A DNA stretch of 64,000 bases from Eledone cirrhosa (Eukaryota), in contig OZ024743.1 in NCBI GenBank assembly GCA_964016885.1, positions 284,642,001 through 284,706,000 of the forward strand. The letters are read 5' to 3'. Under the pieces are notes generated by a model. That model was not told the origin of the DNA. It saw only the letters and a program-made list of their open reading frames with translations, and made no database searches. Shown in pieces: positions 11,382 to 25,123 of the stretch. Each line of letters begins with the position of its first letter. Position 1 is the first letter of the stretch. The position numbers and the translations under genes are program-made.

Positions 11382-11860
11382 GTGGCGAATTGGCAGAGTC
11401 CTTAGAACATCAGATATAATGCTTTCCAGTATTTGTTTCAGCTCTCTGCTCTCTGAGTTAAAATCCCACCAAGGTCAACTTTCCTTTCATCCTTTCAAGG
11501 TCTATAAAAGTACCAGTCTAGTAGTGGGGTCGATTCTTCCTCTATATCTCTTTCTCTCACTCTCTACTTTTCTCTGGAAGAAATCTTCTGTATTCAGACC
11601 TGGAGAGGAGATGGGCTTCACCATGTTTAAAAAACAAAAATGCTCTAGAAACGCTGTATTTCAATATGGCGCCCCTATGAAGTCAATTGTGTCTTTCATC
11701 TAATCAAGGCCAATAAAAAAGTACCAGTCTAGTACTGGGGTCGAATTTTTTTCTATGCCTCTTTCTCTATGCTTCTCTGGAAGAAATCTGCTGTATTCAG
11801 ATGTGGAGAGGAGATTTCAATATGGCGGCCCTACGACACGCTCAGGAGTTATGGGGCCAT
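11382..11860 (+). mobile_element. SINE A extended variant with tandem partial duplication of its 3' half
   Basis: GTACCAGTCTAGTA..GGGGTCGA..CTGGAAGAAATCT..CAATATGGCG occurs twice (11510-11680 and 11720-11850). Confidence 0.7.
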
Positions 11861-12475
11861 ACATATATATATACTGCTAATTAACCACACACATATGTCT
11901 ATCCTATAATAGTATACAACTTACTCTGATTCTCTGATATTGTTTTCCACTGATAGGTATTGACTCAGCTTCCCACTTTTTGAAGTATTGAATAAAATTA
12001 GAATGTGTGTTTAATTTGCTTTTACAAAGAGCATAGATCTAGATCCAAAGATCCAGAATATTTTCATTACTACTACAAATAAATTAATAAAGTAATGCTT
12101 ATGAAGTATTTTAGGGAGTAATATTAGAAATAAATGCAATTTTCCTGATTTCTATTTTTGAAATTGTTCATACAGTTGTTCTCTGAAAAATTATCTTTGT
12201 GGTTTTCTTAATATTAATTTTTCCTATACTACTTTGGTTTATTTATTTATTTTATTTTATTTATTTATTTATTAATTTTTTCACTGTCATTTGACTATAA
12301 CCATATCGGGACACAGCCTTCAAGAGATTTAACAAATTATATAAACCATAGCACATTTCTTTTAAGGCTGGTAACTATTTCATCAATTTCTACTTGTGAA
12401 ACTTCTAAGTTGTGTGACATAAACAAACAATGCTAGTGTAAATGTAAGCACTGAGACCTCCACACACACAAACAC

Positions 12476-12640
12476 AATAATAATGAAAATTATTCTGTAC
12501 AGTGCTCAGGTGCACTACAACTCATCAAATGGGAATGTATAGTACATAGAATAATGTACAAATGTCAGGAAAGCGAACAGTGTATGAGTCATGATATACA
12601 CACAGACACATATACACATGCGTGCATGTGTATGGAGGGA
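12476..12640 (-). mobile_element. CR1 LINE 3' end
   Basis: Matches the 3'UTR of the 23437-24455 copy; (ATT)n tail. Confidence 0.85.
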
Positions 12641-13189
12641 GATGATGATATATGATATTCTTCCTAACAGTTTCCAATGTCCAAATTTCACTGACAAGGT
12701 ATTAGACAAGGCTGTAGTAGAAGACACTTGCTGAAGGTGCAACACAGTGGACAAACTCCTTAACCACACATCCATGCTTGCATCTATTGAGAAATATGTT
12801 TTTATATTTGTTTATGGAATATCAAAAATTGTGCATTTTATATTGATTGATTTCAATAAATATGTACATATAGGTGCAGGTATGATTGTGTTGTTATGAA
12901 GTGCATTTCACAACTATCTCACTCTGTTGCACATTGAGCAAGTATCTTCAATTATAGCATCAGATTGTTAGTGGAATTTAGTAGATAGAAATTGCAGAAT
13001 TCTGTTTTATACATGTGTGTGTGTAGTATTAAATCCAAATAAGTACTGGAGTCTATATAATCAAGTAAAACTGCTGAAGGTGGTACATCGGCATGCTCAT
13101 AGTCCAATGACTGAAACAAGTTAAAGCATATGTTATATATACCAATGAGGTACGTAGAATAATACATCTCCACATCAATTAAGAAAACG

Positions 13190-13333
13190 TTAGAGTTACG
13201 GCCCTTTACGGTCTGAGTTCAAATCCTGCTGAGGTTAACTTTGTCTTTCATCCTTACGGGGTCGATAAAATAAAGCACCAGTATGGCACTGGAGTAATTG
13301 CTGGCCTTGTGCCAAAAGTAGAAGCAATTATTA
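13190..13333 (+). mobile_element. SINE family A, 5'-truncated
   Basis: B box, family core and tail. Confidence 0.85.
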
Positions 13334-13682
13334 AATGAAGAAAAAATTATTATTACGGATAACAGAATTTTAAAAGAATTCTCTGTAGTACTTAAAATAA
13401 TATATTATTCTCTCCTTATGTTTTCTCTTTCTCATACCACATCTAGTCAAGCTTTGTATGGTGTTCACTAGCCAAGCACACTTTGATTCTACCGAAATAA
13501 ATTAACAATAATAACAAAAAGATTACATGCTCTGTTGGGAAAATTGTTTATTTCTTTTTGGCAAACTGAATTCTGACTTGGAGTTTTATTTCCCAAATGG
13601 GGCTATTTCAGTTATAGCCAAATTTTCATATGTATTTCTGAGGCTATTAACCTGAAATTCTAATGTTATTTACACTAAGCTC

Positions 13683-13870
13683 TAATGGCGGTGAATTGGC
13701 AGTATCGGTAGAGGGTCGGACGCCATGCTTTCCAGCATAGTTACGTCCCTTTATAATTTGAGTTCAAATCCTGCCGAGGTTAACTTTGCCTTTCATCCTT
13801 ACGGGGTCGATAAAATAAAGTACCAGTAATGTACTGGGTAATTGCTGGCCTTGTGCCTAAAGTAGAAACA
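13683..13870 (+). mobile_element. SINE family A, full length with 18-bp TSD
   Basis: GTTATTTACACTAAGCTC at 13665-13682 and 13871-13888. Confidence 0.93.
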
Positions 13871-14309
13871 GTTATTTACACTAAGCTCCAGTGTATTTAT
13901 CTTCAGTCCAAAAATTATAGAAGAATATATAGATCAAAATGTAAGGTAATATAATTTGATAAAAAAATATCTATTTCCATAGTCTATATATCTAAGAACA
14001 CAGTTGTATTTTTTTTTTTTGTATCAAGATGGAAAAATTAGTGAATTTATACAGATGGTTATTTCCCTTAGATTTAGTTTGCTATTGTAAAATCATTAGT
14101 TATTTCCCTTGAAATTTTAAACTTTGTACATCTCCTTATAATATATAACCAGCAATTTCTCTGTCTGTCTGTCGGACAGTGGAAACACGTGCGCGCGTGC
14201 GAATGTTTTTTGCGCACGCGACGCGTAGAGAGAGAGTGAGAGTGAAAGAAAGAGACAGACTACAAGAGGGGGATAGCGGGAGGGAGAGAGGGGGGAATTG
14301 AGGAGTGCT

Positions 14310-14415
14310 ACAGAAACATATATACATTTCTGTGTGTGTGTAATATATATATATATACACACACACAAATATATATATATACACACAGAAATATATATAC
14401 ATTTCTGTGTGTGTA

Positions 14416-14448
<33 letters not shown>

Positions 14449-15842
14449 GAAATATATATACATTTCTGTGTGTGTAATATATATATATATCATCATCATC
14501 ATCATCATCGTTTAACGTCCATGTTCCACGCTTGCATGGGTTTGGACGGGGGTTTTCCCACTTGAGGCAAGAGTGGTTGTCTTGCTCGCATAGGACTGTC
14601 TGGCGGATTTTCTACAGCTGGATGCCCTTCCTAACACCAACCACATTTACAGTGTGGGACTGGGAGGTTTTTACCTACACGGCCACATTACAGCGTGGAC
14701 TGTGTGTTTTTTGTCGTGACACCTACACGATCTCATTTGTTTCGGCCGGGATGTTGTGGCACCAACATAACTTTGCATTGAAAGGGGCGGTGTGGATGGA
14801 GTGGGGGTGGTGGGACGGGGGTGTATTTTGTTAGAGATGCCTACTGACTGTAGTAGGTTTTACTTTGTATTTAGGTAAGGCGGGTCTTCTCTGTTACTGA
14901 GTACCGCCAAAGGTCTCGGTCCAGTGACATTGTCTTGGAGAGGTGTAAGTGTGTGAGGTCGGAATTTATCAGCTCGTCCCAGGTTTTTCTGGGTCTGCCT
15001 ACTCCGTGGCTACCATCTATCTTTATTGCCCTGCACTTTGTTATACAGCTGTCGTCTTTCATGCGCATCACGTGACCATACCAACGTAGCCTTCTCTCGA
15101 GTAAACAACATCTGATCCCTCTTATTTCTAATTTTTTCCTTAGTTCGTTTATGCTTTGCCGTTCACGTATATTACTATTACACATCCAGCGGAGCATGCA
15201 AGCTTCGTTCCTCTCTAGTCTGTGTATATCCTCTGCACACAATGCCAAGGTCTCACTGCCATGCAACATTGCTGTTCGTATGCAGGCATCATACAACCTG
15301 CCTTTCATTTTTAGGGAGAACCCTTTAGCGGCTAATAGTGGTATAAGCTCTCTGAACTTTTTCCATCCAGTTCTGACTCTAGCTACTGTACTTTCAGAGC
15401 ACCCTCCCCCACTGCTGATTTTGTCACCCAGGTAACGGAAGCTGTCCACTATTTCTATAGAACCCTCTGCACAATTGAAAGAGCTAGTATTTTGTGGGCA
15501 CTTGCTGCTACTTATTGCACCAGAGCACCAGCCACATGTAAAATCTGTGTTCTTAATTAGCTTACCTGTGATCCCACTACATCTTTTATGCACCCATACT
15601 TTGCATTTGGGTCATAAAATGGAGTTTCTACCTACGCCTTTCCTACACACTGAGCATGGCCATTTCCCGGAAGGGACCGGCGCCTTATTTTCTTTCCTAC
15701 AAACTAGAACTTTAGTCTTAGCCAGGTTAATTTTAAGGCCTTTTGATTCTAGGCCGTGCTTCCATGTTTGGAATTTCTTCTCTAGCTCGGCCATTGATTC
15801 AGCTATATATATATACACACACAGAAATATATATATATTTCC

Positions 15843-15884
<42 letters not shown>

Positions 15885-15910
15885 CACACACAGAAATGTA
15901 TATATATTTC

Positions 15911-15943
<33 letters not shown>

Positions 15944-16003
15944 TACACACACAGAAATGTATATATATATACACACAGAAATATATATACCTTTCTGTGT
16001 GTG

Positions 16004-16050
<47 letters not shown>

Positions 16051-16078
16051 GAAATATATATACATTTCTGTGTGTGTA

Positions 16079-16115
<37 letters not shown>

Positions 16116-16122
16116 GAAATAT
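14310..16122. repeat. Palindromic minisatellite (TA)n-CACACACAGAAATATATATACATTTCTGTGTGTGTAA, split by an RTE
   Basis: The unit recurs in 14310-14489 and 15805-16122. Confidence 0.9.
14490..15805 (-). mobile_element. RTE LINE family 2, 5'-truncated, with an in-frame stop
   Basis: ORFs 15612-15818 and 14871-15593 are one frame broken by TGA at a PHD Cys codon. The protein is homologous to the 3362-5857 C-terminus, the 3'UTR is distinct, and it ends in (GAT)n. Confidence 0.92.
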
Positions 16123-16664
16123 ATGGGCATTTCTTTGTTTGTCTGTCTGTCTGTCTGTCCTTCCCTAAAACTCAAATGTAGGTGCTACAGAAATATTACC
16201 TTCCCCTTCCTTTCTCCACTTTGGTACTACCAAGAGAAACACTGTCGCGATAGAAACATTACCTTCCCCTCTCCACTGACTTTGGTCACTGAGGCCGAGG
16301 GAATCGCTGATTGCTATAGAGACACCTTGCACAAGCCAGAAGTAACCAGTTTGAGGCGGTTCTGACTTGACACCATGCCAAGGACCATTTGAAGATATAT
16401 TTCCATCGTTATATCATAACGTTTATGTATCATAACGTTTATATTTCCGTCACTAATCTCTTTTTCTCCTTTTTCGTTTTAACATATATTTATTTCAAAG
16501 ATTTCACCGTATAGATAACATATATATTTATACATGCATAAAAGACACACCGAGAGACGGTGAACATGTGGTGCCGAAAACATTTCTCATCCAAATCTCA
16601 ATAATATCAGTATATACACTAGATTTGCTAGCAGAAAACCGCCCACCTGATGGTTTTCTGCTAG

Positions 16665-17375
16665 TCTATATATATATAAAACAGAAGATGTCTGTCTGTC
16701 TGTGTGTGTGTGTCTGTCTGTATAAATCCCTAGAACTCGAGAAGTACCCGACCGATTTTTTTTCAAACTTTACACATGCATTACTTATATTTTTTGAAGT
16801 GTAATGGGCTAAAACAATTTTAACTTTTTCTGCATTACGCGAAAAACCGCATTTTTTAGGCATTTTTAGGGTTTTTGAGGAGTAACTTAAAGATAATCCA
16901 CCCGATTTCCTCGAAATTTGCAGCATACATTGGTTAGTCCCCTCGTCTATATATCTAAAACAGAGAATGTCTGTCTGACTCCCTAAAACTCGAGAACCAC
17001 CCAACCGATTGTTTTCAAACTTTACACATGTAATACTTATGCTCCTGTGAGTGTTTTGAGCAAAATAAATTTCAAATTTTCAATGCCCTAGGGACCGCAT
17101 TAGGCGATTTAGCGATCTCTTTCTATAATTCGTAGTCTTTCTTGTTAGATAGATACATAGATATAACGTTGCGCCCTTATAATATCTGTCTGCATTACGA
17201 CATTATGACGTCGCTATCTGTGTGTGTGTGTGTGTGTATATATATGTATATATATATAGTGTGTAACGTTTTTTGAAATATTTACTTCTCTGTTCACAGA
17301 TTGATTTTTTTTAGTTTCAGAAGAACCCGTTAAGGGTAAAAAGCACCGATTCTTTGCTTAAACTTTAATCTGTTA

Positions 17376-17413
<38 letters not shown>

Positions 17414-17577
17414 TATATATATATATAATTATATATTCGTGTACAGATATTTTTGCATACACAATAACAAAATATAAACAAACGTATTTATTTCACGAGG
17501 ATCGATAAAGATAAATATATATCAAATATATAAGAACCCCAGAGCAAATTCCGAGCAACGCCGGGCCATTCTGCTAA
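16665..17577 (+). mobile_element. Non-autonomous Helitron
   Basis: 5' TCTATATATATAAAA; 3' hairpin CCGAGCAACGCCGG then TTCTG-CTAA|T (CTRR); a second 5'-end copy lies inside at ~16947. Confidence 0.75.
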
Positions 17578-17984
17578 TAGACATAAAAAAAAAACGATTA
17601 TTCTTATTTGTTTGCTCTCGACGAAGGGACTGTGTCCATTGATTTTCAAGTCCTTCTTAGACTGGCGAGATCGACATAATGTTCTTGAATAAGCTGAGAA
17701 ATTTGTTTGCAATATTATTCCAGGTGATTCTAATTATAACAATAATCAGAAATGAGCTATAATTTAAGTAAGATATTAAGTTGATTCAATCTAGATATAA
17801 AAAACAAGTTATTTTTCATCTGAATTCTTTGAAATTTCATATTAAGATGATGATTAAAGTCAACTAAGACAATGAATTCTTACCTTCTTTAGTATTTCTT
17901 TTAAAAGACTGCCCATTTCTAGATATTATTGTTCCTTATAATTTTAGCGTAGTATTTCAAGGAAGATACTAGGGTTGGTTTGCT

Positions 17985-18175
17985 AAAGCTTTCTATGAGT
18001 CAACAAATGAGCCCTTATATTGTCACTCAAACTACTAAAAAAGCAGCTAAATCTCACTGAAATCACACCCTACCATCTTAGAAAAGAAAGAAACTGTATT
18101 TTTCAAATATACAAAATAGACATGATGGTCACAGCAGTTGTGCTGAACTGGGACTGCCCTAAGTTAAACAACAAC
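17985..18175. repeat. Old interspersed repeat (SINE-like)
   Basis: GCAGCTAAATCTC..AAATCACACCCTACCATCT..GCTAAACAAC is also seen, degenerate, at ~20560-20760, 22320-22510 and 30450-30640. Confidence 0.5.
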
Positions 18176-18654
18176 TAAAGCATTCTCCACTAAAGTTTAG
18201 ATGTCTAATGTGGGGAATGGTTATTTCAGTGTTATTTCTTTTTTCTAGGGTATTCATATAGAGACATCTGGACAACAAAGAACTATCTAGTGATCCCATA
18301 ACTCCTACACAACCTTCCACAACAGGTCCTATAGAACATGGTCATATGCCTTTTCAAAGTATATGAAACAAGAATACACCTCTTGGCAATACTCTTTCGA
18401 TTTCTCAACGATCTGTCATTGTGTAAATATTTAGTCAGCTGTGCTGTGTCCAGGGCAAAACCACACTGTTTGTCAGCTTCAGCATTTGATCATCAGAAGA
18501 AAAGACGTAGGTGTAAAAGCCAAACTCACTATCTTCAAATCTATAAATCATGCCAACCCTTATCTATGGTCAGGAATCTTGAGTAATGAATGAAAGGGTA
18601 TGATCGTGAATACAAGCGACCTAAAATGGTTCTGCCAAAGGGTCTTTAAAGTAG

Positions 18655-18915
18655 TGTTATTTGATAGAGTGTATAGCTTGAAGATCAGAGAATTGTTCCA
18701 TGTAGAGCCACTACTTCTCTAAATTGAAAGATCACAGCTCCGATATTATGAACATGTGATTAGAATGTCTCAGGAAAGAATCACTGAACAGATTTTACGG
18801 GCAAAACCATCCAGCACGAGACCTAGGGGTTGACCCCAAGCAAGATGGTTGGATAACATCCATGAGCTCAGCTGGTCTTGCTTGGAAATCTAGCTGGATC
18901 AATTGGACCCTTCAA
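18655..18915 (+). mobile_element. RTE LINE family 3, degenerate 3' fragment
   Basis: Translates IERSQLRYYEHVIRMSQERI..RPRG*PQARWLDNIHEL; second copy at 53200-53525. Confidence 0.75.
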
Positions 18916-21900
18916 AGAGTAATAAGATTTTTTTTCAAAAGGCCATTCATTTGTGAGCAATCTAAATGAATTGGAAGTAATCTAAACTGAGAATTGAAAC
19001 CAGCACACAGAATCAACTTACCACAAGATTACTTTATACTATTCTAATATGTTCACTGTCCCTACCACCTCTAAGTAACAGGTGATATATATAACTGTAT
19101 ATGCTTTGTCTTTATTAGAAATAATGATCTTTGAGATGTATGGGATATATGGGCAGTAATTCCCAATAAGAACTGACTTTGACTGTGATGTCTTGGTCAA
19201 TCCATGGCAGCATAGAAAGCAGACATAAAAGGATGGTGATATGATGAAAGTGTTGGTTGTCAAACAAAGTTTTCTATTACTTCCTGTTTCAAGTATAACA
19301 TACAAGAATGTCCAAAATTCGTTTCTTTATCTCTCTGTCTCTCAAACATGCATACTCTTTCACAGATTGATACAGTTACAAGCAGAAGGAATATACTCCC
19401 TTGTTAATAGAATAGTTTGTTAAAGCTGAAAACTACTATATTTAATTTCATGCATCATTTATTCAGTTTCTCAATTCATTTATTTAAACAAAACTGACCC
19501 ATGACATTGTATCTTTTTTTATTTATGAACAATGCTTAGGTCAAACCATTATATTCTTTACAAATAACAGGCTTATCAATTTCTGATAACCTTTTACAAT
19601 AATCATACATTCATCATATAATCCAAAGTTTCATTGTAAAGTTGGGTTTTCTTTTCTGAGCTACATATACTTTAGTCCTAAAAAGCTGCTAATATTTTCT
19701 AAAGCTCAAACACATTTACAACTGAGTACATATCACATATATGATATACTATACATCTATTTTCCATGCATACAAATATGCACACACTTTAGGTCTCATT
19801 CAATTAAAAGGCCTAGTGTTTATTTCATAGATTGGCCTTCATTCTCTAATTGCCTATAATCAGTCTTTTGTTGAACTATACCCTCTCTGTATTTTATTCT
19901 TCTTCTGAATACTGTGATTGTATACTATTCTTACATACACTGCTTCTTTACATCTGCCTCCCTTATTCACATCATCTCTCTACTGCATATCACTCCACAG
20001 GTCATGGAGTAAACATTTTGCCCAGCTCTTCTTTCTCAAAATTGTCTTCCTCTAGAACTCCTTAGCTACTTATATTTTCTTTGCAACTACTAATTTACAA
20101 CAATTTAAATTGAACATCAACTGGACTAACCTCACTGTTACCCTTATCTCTTAGTTTGTAAGGGTCTGAAACATTTCAAAATAAAGTATGAATACAGTAA
20201 AGCAATTTAGGAATTATATTTACTTTTTTAAAGCATTCTTATGCCATGCATTTTATATTTCTGATGAAGCTTGCTACTAATTTATTTAAAGTTTAATTTT
20301 ATTGATAAATATCATGAACTTTTTATGATTATAATTATTTGTTAAGATTTGATTAGATCTATTATATTAAATTAAAGGGAAATTGTATCAAATATTTCCT
20401 AATAAATAAATATTATGAAATATGTGCAACACATTTTAGAAAAATCTCTCTTTTAGCTTTTCCAAGTTATGAAGAATTATTTTTTGATTCTTCTAAAATA
20501 TTTAGTTCTTGAATATATGATTCACATATTTTTCTGGAAGTTGACAGATAACCATCCCTTCAGTGAGTTTGTTGTTAAGCCTCAGGTCAGTCCTGATCAT
20601 AAAAGGTCTTCAGCTGTGACCATATTTCTTTTCAGGCATAATGTATCTTTAATACATTATCCAATGTGTCCTGTTTTGTTTTAGATGGCATGATGTGATT
20701 TGAAGGAGAGTTAGCTGCTATTTCTACTGAATCCTTCTTTGGGTCCAGATGCTTGTCGTAGGTTATGACAATTACAGCTATTGATTTAGTTATATGAATG
20801 GGGGTAAGAATATTTTGATATAGGAACGAAATTAGAAAATCTCTTGAGATGATTAGGGAGAAGAAAGAGTAAGTTGTAATCATGTTGACATGTTCCAGAA
20901 ACATTAGCAATGTAAGTGAAATAGATTCAACTAGTGATTGCAAACATCAGGAGAACACACAAAAAAAAACCAAATTAAAAAGACCCCAAATAGTATTGAT
21001 GATTTGTGGCATTAGTAACTATAAGTAACAGCAGTGTCATTATTGTTATTGCCCATCAATACAGTAGTAATAGTCATAGCAGTGCCAATATTATGGCTTT
21101 ATGGTACCTCTATAGTATAATGGCAGTACAGTTTAGATTTATTTTTGATGTTTTATAGTTCTTAGTTCAAATATCACTGGAGTTTATTTTCCCTTTTATC
21201 TCTTCAGAGTTGATAAAATAAAGTTCAAATACTGTTCAACTATTAACCTTCCCTCTTCAAAGCAGCCAAATTTAGGAGTAGATTGTGACTTCAAGGTTTA
21301 TTTATACAGTGTTTGATTAAGTCTTGTGAAAAGATAGGTCAGAGAACCAAGTATCACTTGTAGGTTCTAGATGCACCAAGTAGACTCTGTAAAGTGCATG
21401 GTAAATTTGGCCATAGAAACCATGCCAAAACAAGAATATACATTAGAGACGTGGTTCTCCCACCTATCTTGTCTCAAAGTGTGATGACCAATCCAACCCA
21501 TTCCAGAATGGACCGTAGACATAACATGATTATATATATACATGGTATAGATCCTAATGGATCAATAGTGATTGATTAGCCTCAGATGAGATCATCATCA
21601 TCATCATCATCATCATCTTATGCCTGTTTTCCATGCTGACACTTACAGTAAATTCAGTTTTGATTCAAATATATAATTTGTGGTAAAATGTATTTAAACA
21701 TATTCAAACTATTTTAACACTAATTTTATAGCTAAAACAAAGGGTAAAGTAAGATAATATTTAGAAAGGCAATGTATATGCCAGACATTGTCTATGAATA
21801 ATTTATCTTTGGTATCTATATTGATTTCTTGTGATTTGGTGCAAGGCTAATTTTGTTAAAGCTGAGAAAATATTTGGTAGAATCAATTGCAGTATATTGT

Positions 21901-23436
21901 TGGTATTTATTTTATCAGGTTTGGAAAGATGAGACGAAGGCCATTTTAGTGAGCTATTAATTAAAAAATGGCAGAGATGAAACGAAATAATATGATACAT
22001 GTAATATATTGTAGTCTGCTGTTGAAGCCTGTTTTGTATTTTTTTACTATGCACAAAGCTAATTTTTTTAGGAGAAGAAATAAATTATTATTGTAATTTT
22101 CTCTTTTTTTTCCTAAATACATTAGGGACTTGGATAATTAAAAACTTTCCCTCTATGTTAAAATAGCCTTATTAACATAGCCTTATAACAGCAATACATT
22201 CTTTCATTCTTCAATTAGCTCTGATGTAGTTTAAAATAAGCTTCAGCTACATCAACTTCATTCAGTGACTCCTCGAATTTATGAATGAAACACAAAGTCA
22301 GGGAGAAGGAGAGAGAGAAGACCCAATGGCACCTGTAAGTGGTTGCTTGTTCTCCTAGAAATAGCAGCAACATATCCCTTAAATCATACAATATGATCTT
22401 CAAAAAATGTAATATTCATTGCATGTCTGAAAAATGAAAAAAAACAAGATAGCCATGGCTGGAATGCCTTTGATTATATGCCCGTTGTACTAAGACTGAG
22501 TGGCTAAACCAGTATTGATTAAAACTGCTAGGTTTAATATCATGACTTGTGTCTAAAATATATATTTGGAGCTAAAAAGTTGAAGGTTTTCTTTGAAAGA
22601 GGTGGTTAAAGTGGTCATGCCTTTTGTAAAATCGATAAGGAGGTAAATGATGTGAAAAGCTTCTACTGACTCTTAACAAGGTGTTGATTACAATAATAAT
22701 TAACAAATGCTAATGAATTTATGGATTAGCAGCAGTAATAGTAATACTAATAGTAACAGTAATAATAAGCATGTTGTGACATTGCCTCTACCTCAATATG
22801 GTTGTTTGACTACATGTAATTTTCTTTAATAATGACTTTAAGGCATCAACGCTGAAACTTAAGAGTCACTGTCACCCTTATCTTTGGAAAATAAAGATAT
22901 ATATCCCAATATCACTTTTGCTTGAGAGAGTATAAAATTTGTCTTTACACAATTCTACACTATTTTTATGTTTCAATTTTTCTACACAATTCATACACTT
23001 ACTACAATATAAAATTTAAATACTACATACTGTTGGTGACTTACATGATAAATGCACCAAGAACAGGCTGTAAAGTGAGTGGTGATAAAAATGGCATCCA
23101 GATATAGAAAACTTGCCAAAGAGCTAGGAAGACTCTTCAGTTGTGACAAAGACATGACAACCTGCCTAGTGTTGTTGCCATAATAAAATACACTTGCTAG
23201 TGCATGGGATCATACATAAGTGAGATGTAGGCCACCAGCCCATCTGAACACTCTGTAGAGTGCAGAAATGTATGTAAGTGAAATGCAGGCACCAGATCTA
23301 TCCGTGAGAGCAGTTCCTCTGATTGAGGACCAGCCATATTTGCTGACGATCCGTCTAACCCTTGCTAGCTGGGAAAACGGATATTACACGATAGTGATGA
23401 TAATAGCAATACTTCAGCATATGCCGAATTAAAAAA

Positions 23437-24455
23437 AATAATGAAAATATTGTGTACAGTGCTCAGGTGCACTACAACTCATCAAAAGTGTATGTATAGT
23501 ACATAGGGTAATGTACAAACGTCAGGAAAATGAACAGTGCATGAGTCATGATATACACATGTGTGCATGTGTATGGAAGGGGGACATCAGGTGTAATTTT
23601 GGCGAATTTCGGGAAGCATGAGGGTTTTAAAGGATGCAGTGTCTCGGCAGCTAACAACTGACACAGGCAGTTTGTTCCATGCTTCAGCAACTCTAAGCGT
23701 GAAAAAATGTTTCCGAAAGTCATGGGAGCTGTGCTGTTTTCTGACTTTGTAGGCATGTCCACGTGTGTTAGACACATGGAGGTCAAAAAGGTGCTCAGGG
23801 TTGTTGTCGGTGAGATGGTTAATAACTTTGTGGCTATTCACCAAGTCCATTGCCAGACGTCGGAGCTTCAATGAATCCATGCCCAGGGAAGCAAAGCGTT
23901 CAGAGTATGGTAGGTGTCTGATTGGAGGGTATGCGCTTGGTTGCACGTCTCTGAACAGTTTCCAGGAGGTCAATGTTCTGAGCAAGATAGGGGTTCCAGA
24001 CTGATGATGCGAATTCCAAGTGTGGTCATACCATAGCTGTATACAGCTTTAAATAGATGGCTGGAGAGCGGCTAACAAAGGTCTTGCTGAGTGATGCCAA
24101 GACACCCTCGGCCTTCTTGATAATCTTAGAAACGTGCTTTGTCCAACGCAAATCACTGCTGACAGTAATGCCCAGGTCACGTTCACAAGAGGACTTCTTA
24201 ATATCAGTGTTGTGGAGGGAGTATGTGGACGCTGGATTTTTCCTCCCAAAATGCATGGTGGTACACTTGTCCACAGCCAGCTTCAGTTGCCAGTCTGTGA
24301 TCCATTGCTGCATTGTGTCCAGGTCTGATTGTAGGCAAGATTGTAGATTTCAGGATCAGTCCTTTTGATTTCAAGGTACAGCTTGATGTTATCTGCATAT
24401 TTCAGTACCGTGGCATTCTTTAAGTTCGCATCTATGTCATTAATATATGCCACAA
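23437..24455 (-). mobile_element. CR1-clade LINE, 5'-truncated, frameshifted
   Basis: YINDID..VLKYADNIKLY, WQLKLAVDKC, ERDLGI, NTRGHAYK and FFTLRVAEAWNKLP; 3' stem-loop AGTGC-N6-GCACT; (ATT)n tail. Confidence 0.92.
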
Positions 24456-25123
24456 TCGGATTTATAATGTATTGCTTACCATGTTTCAGTATCATTCCAC
24501 TATGGCATGCATACACACACGCGCACACATAATATACATTATATTTGTGTTGTAGGGTTGATACTTCATAATTTGTTATTGTGTACGCCTGAACAAGGCA
24601 GATAACTCTGTTTTTGATGATGCAAACGATTCTTTTTGTAACGTGAAACTGAGCTAAGAAGCTTCACCGTCCAACGATGTGTATGTCATAGCAGAACAAT
24701 TTTATTTGTACAAATATATATCATTAAATAATTTGTTTTGCATTTTTACAAATATATAAACAATAATGTTTCGTTCCTCTGTATTCTGGAGCAGGTAGGA
24801 TTGCCCAGAGCCAATGGAAAGAGGTCCAACGGACGCACCCTTTACCCTAGGGCAAGAGGTAGACGCCTCATATGAAACGCTATAACCGTGAATGGATGAT
24901 TTTCGTTTCATCCAAATAACAATTGGCGCTATAGATATTTATATAAATCTCATGAGAACAACCGAAGAATCTTGGTTAAGGCGCATATGAAATTATTTGT
25001 AGGTGGGTGAGATAGGAATTTATGAGGATTAAATATTCTATTGTTTGAAGCCCATGGTTTTTCTAGGTTAATCTGAAAACAAACATTGGTTTGCAACGAC
25101 CATAACGTTTGTTTATATACATA

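Larger units (their letters stand above)
14131..16664 (+). mobile_element. Non-autonomous Helitron-like element containing a minisatellite and an RTE insertion
   Basis: A|TC start (TCTCCTTATAATATATAA), (CTGT)n near the 5' end, and TTCTGCTAG end at 16664. That both ends belong to one element is inferred. Confidence 0.5.

Noticed and set aside
14310-16122. CRISPR-like repeat/spacer pattern
   Set aside because: The spacers are only (TA)n, the context is eukaryotic, and there are no cas genes.
17878-17925. Minus-strand mini-exon MGSLLKEILKK with AAG|GTAAGA donor
   Set aside because: No pyrimidine tract at the acceptor and no other support.
20125-20185. ACCCTTA/TAAGGGT hairpin followed by GAAAC and AATAAA
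   Set aside because: No CUGANGA-type core upstream.
24605-24665. Hammerhead-like TTGATGA...GAAAC
   Set aside because: U3 is paired with G8, and helices I-III cannot be formed convincingly.
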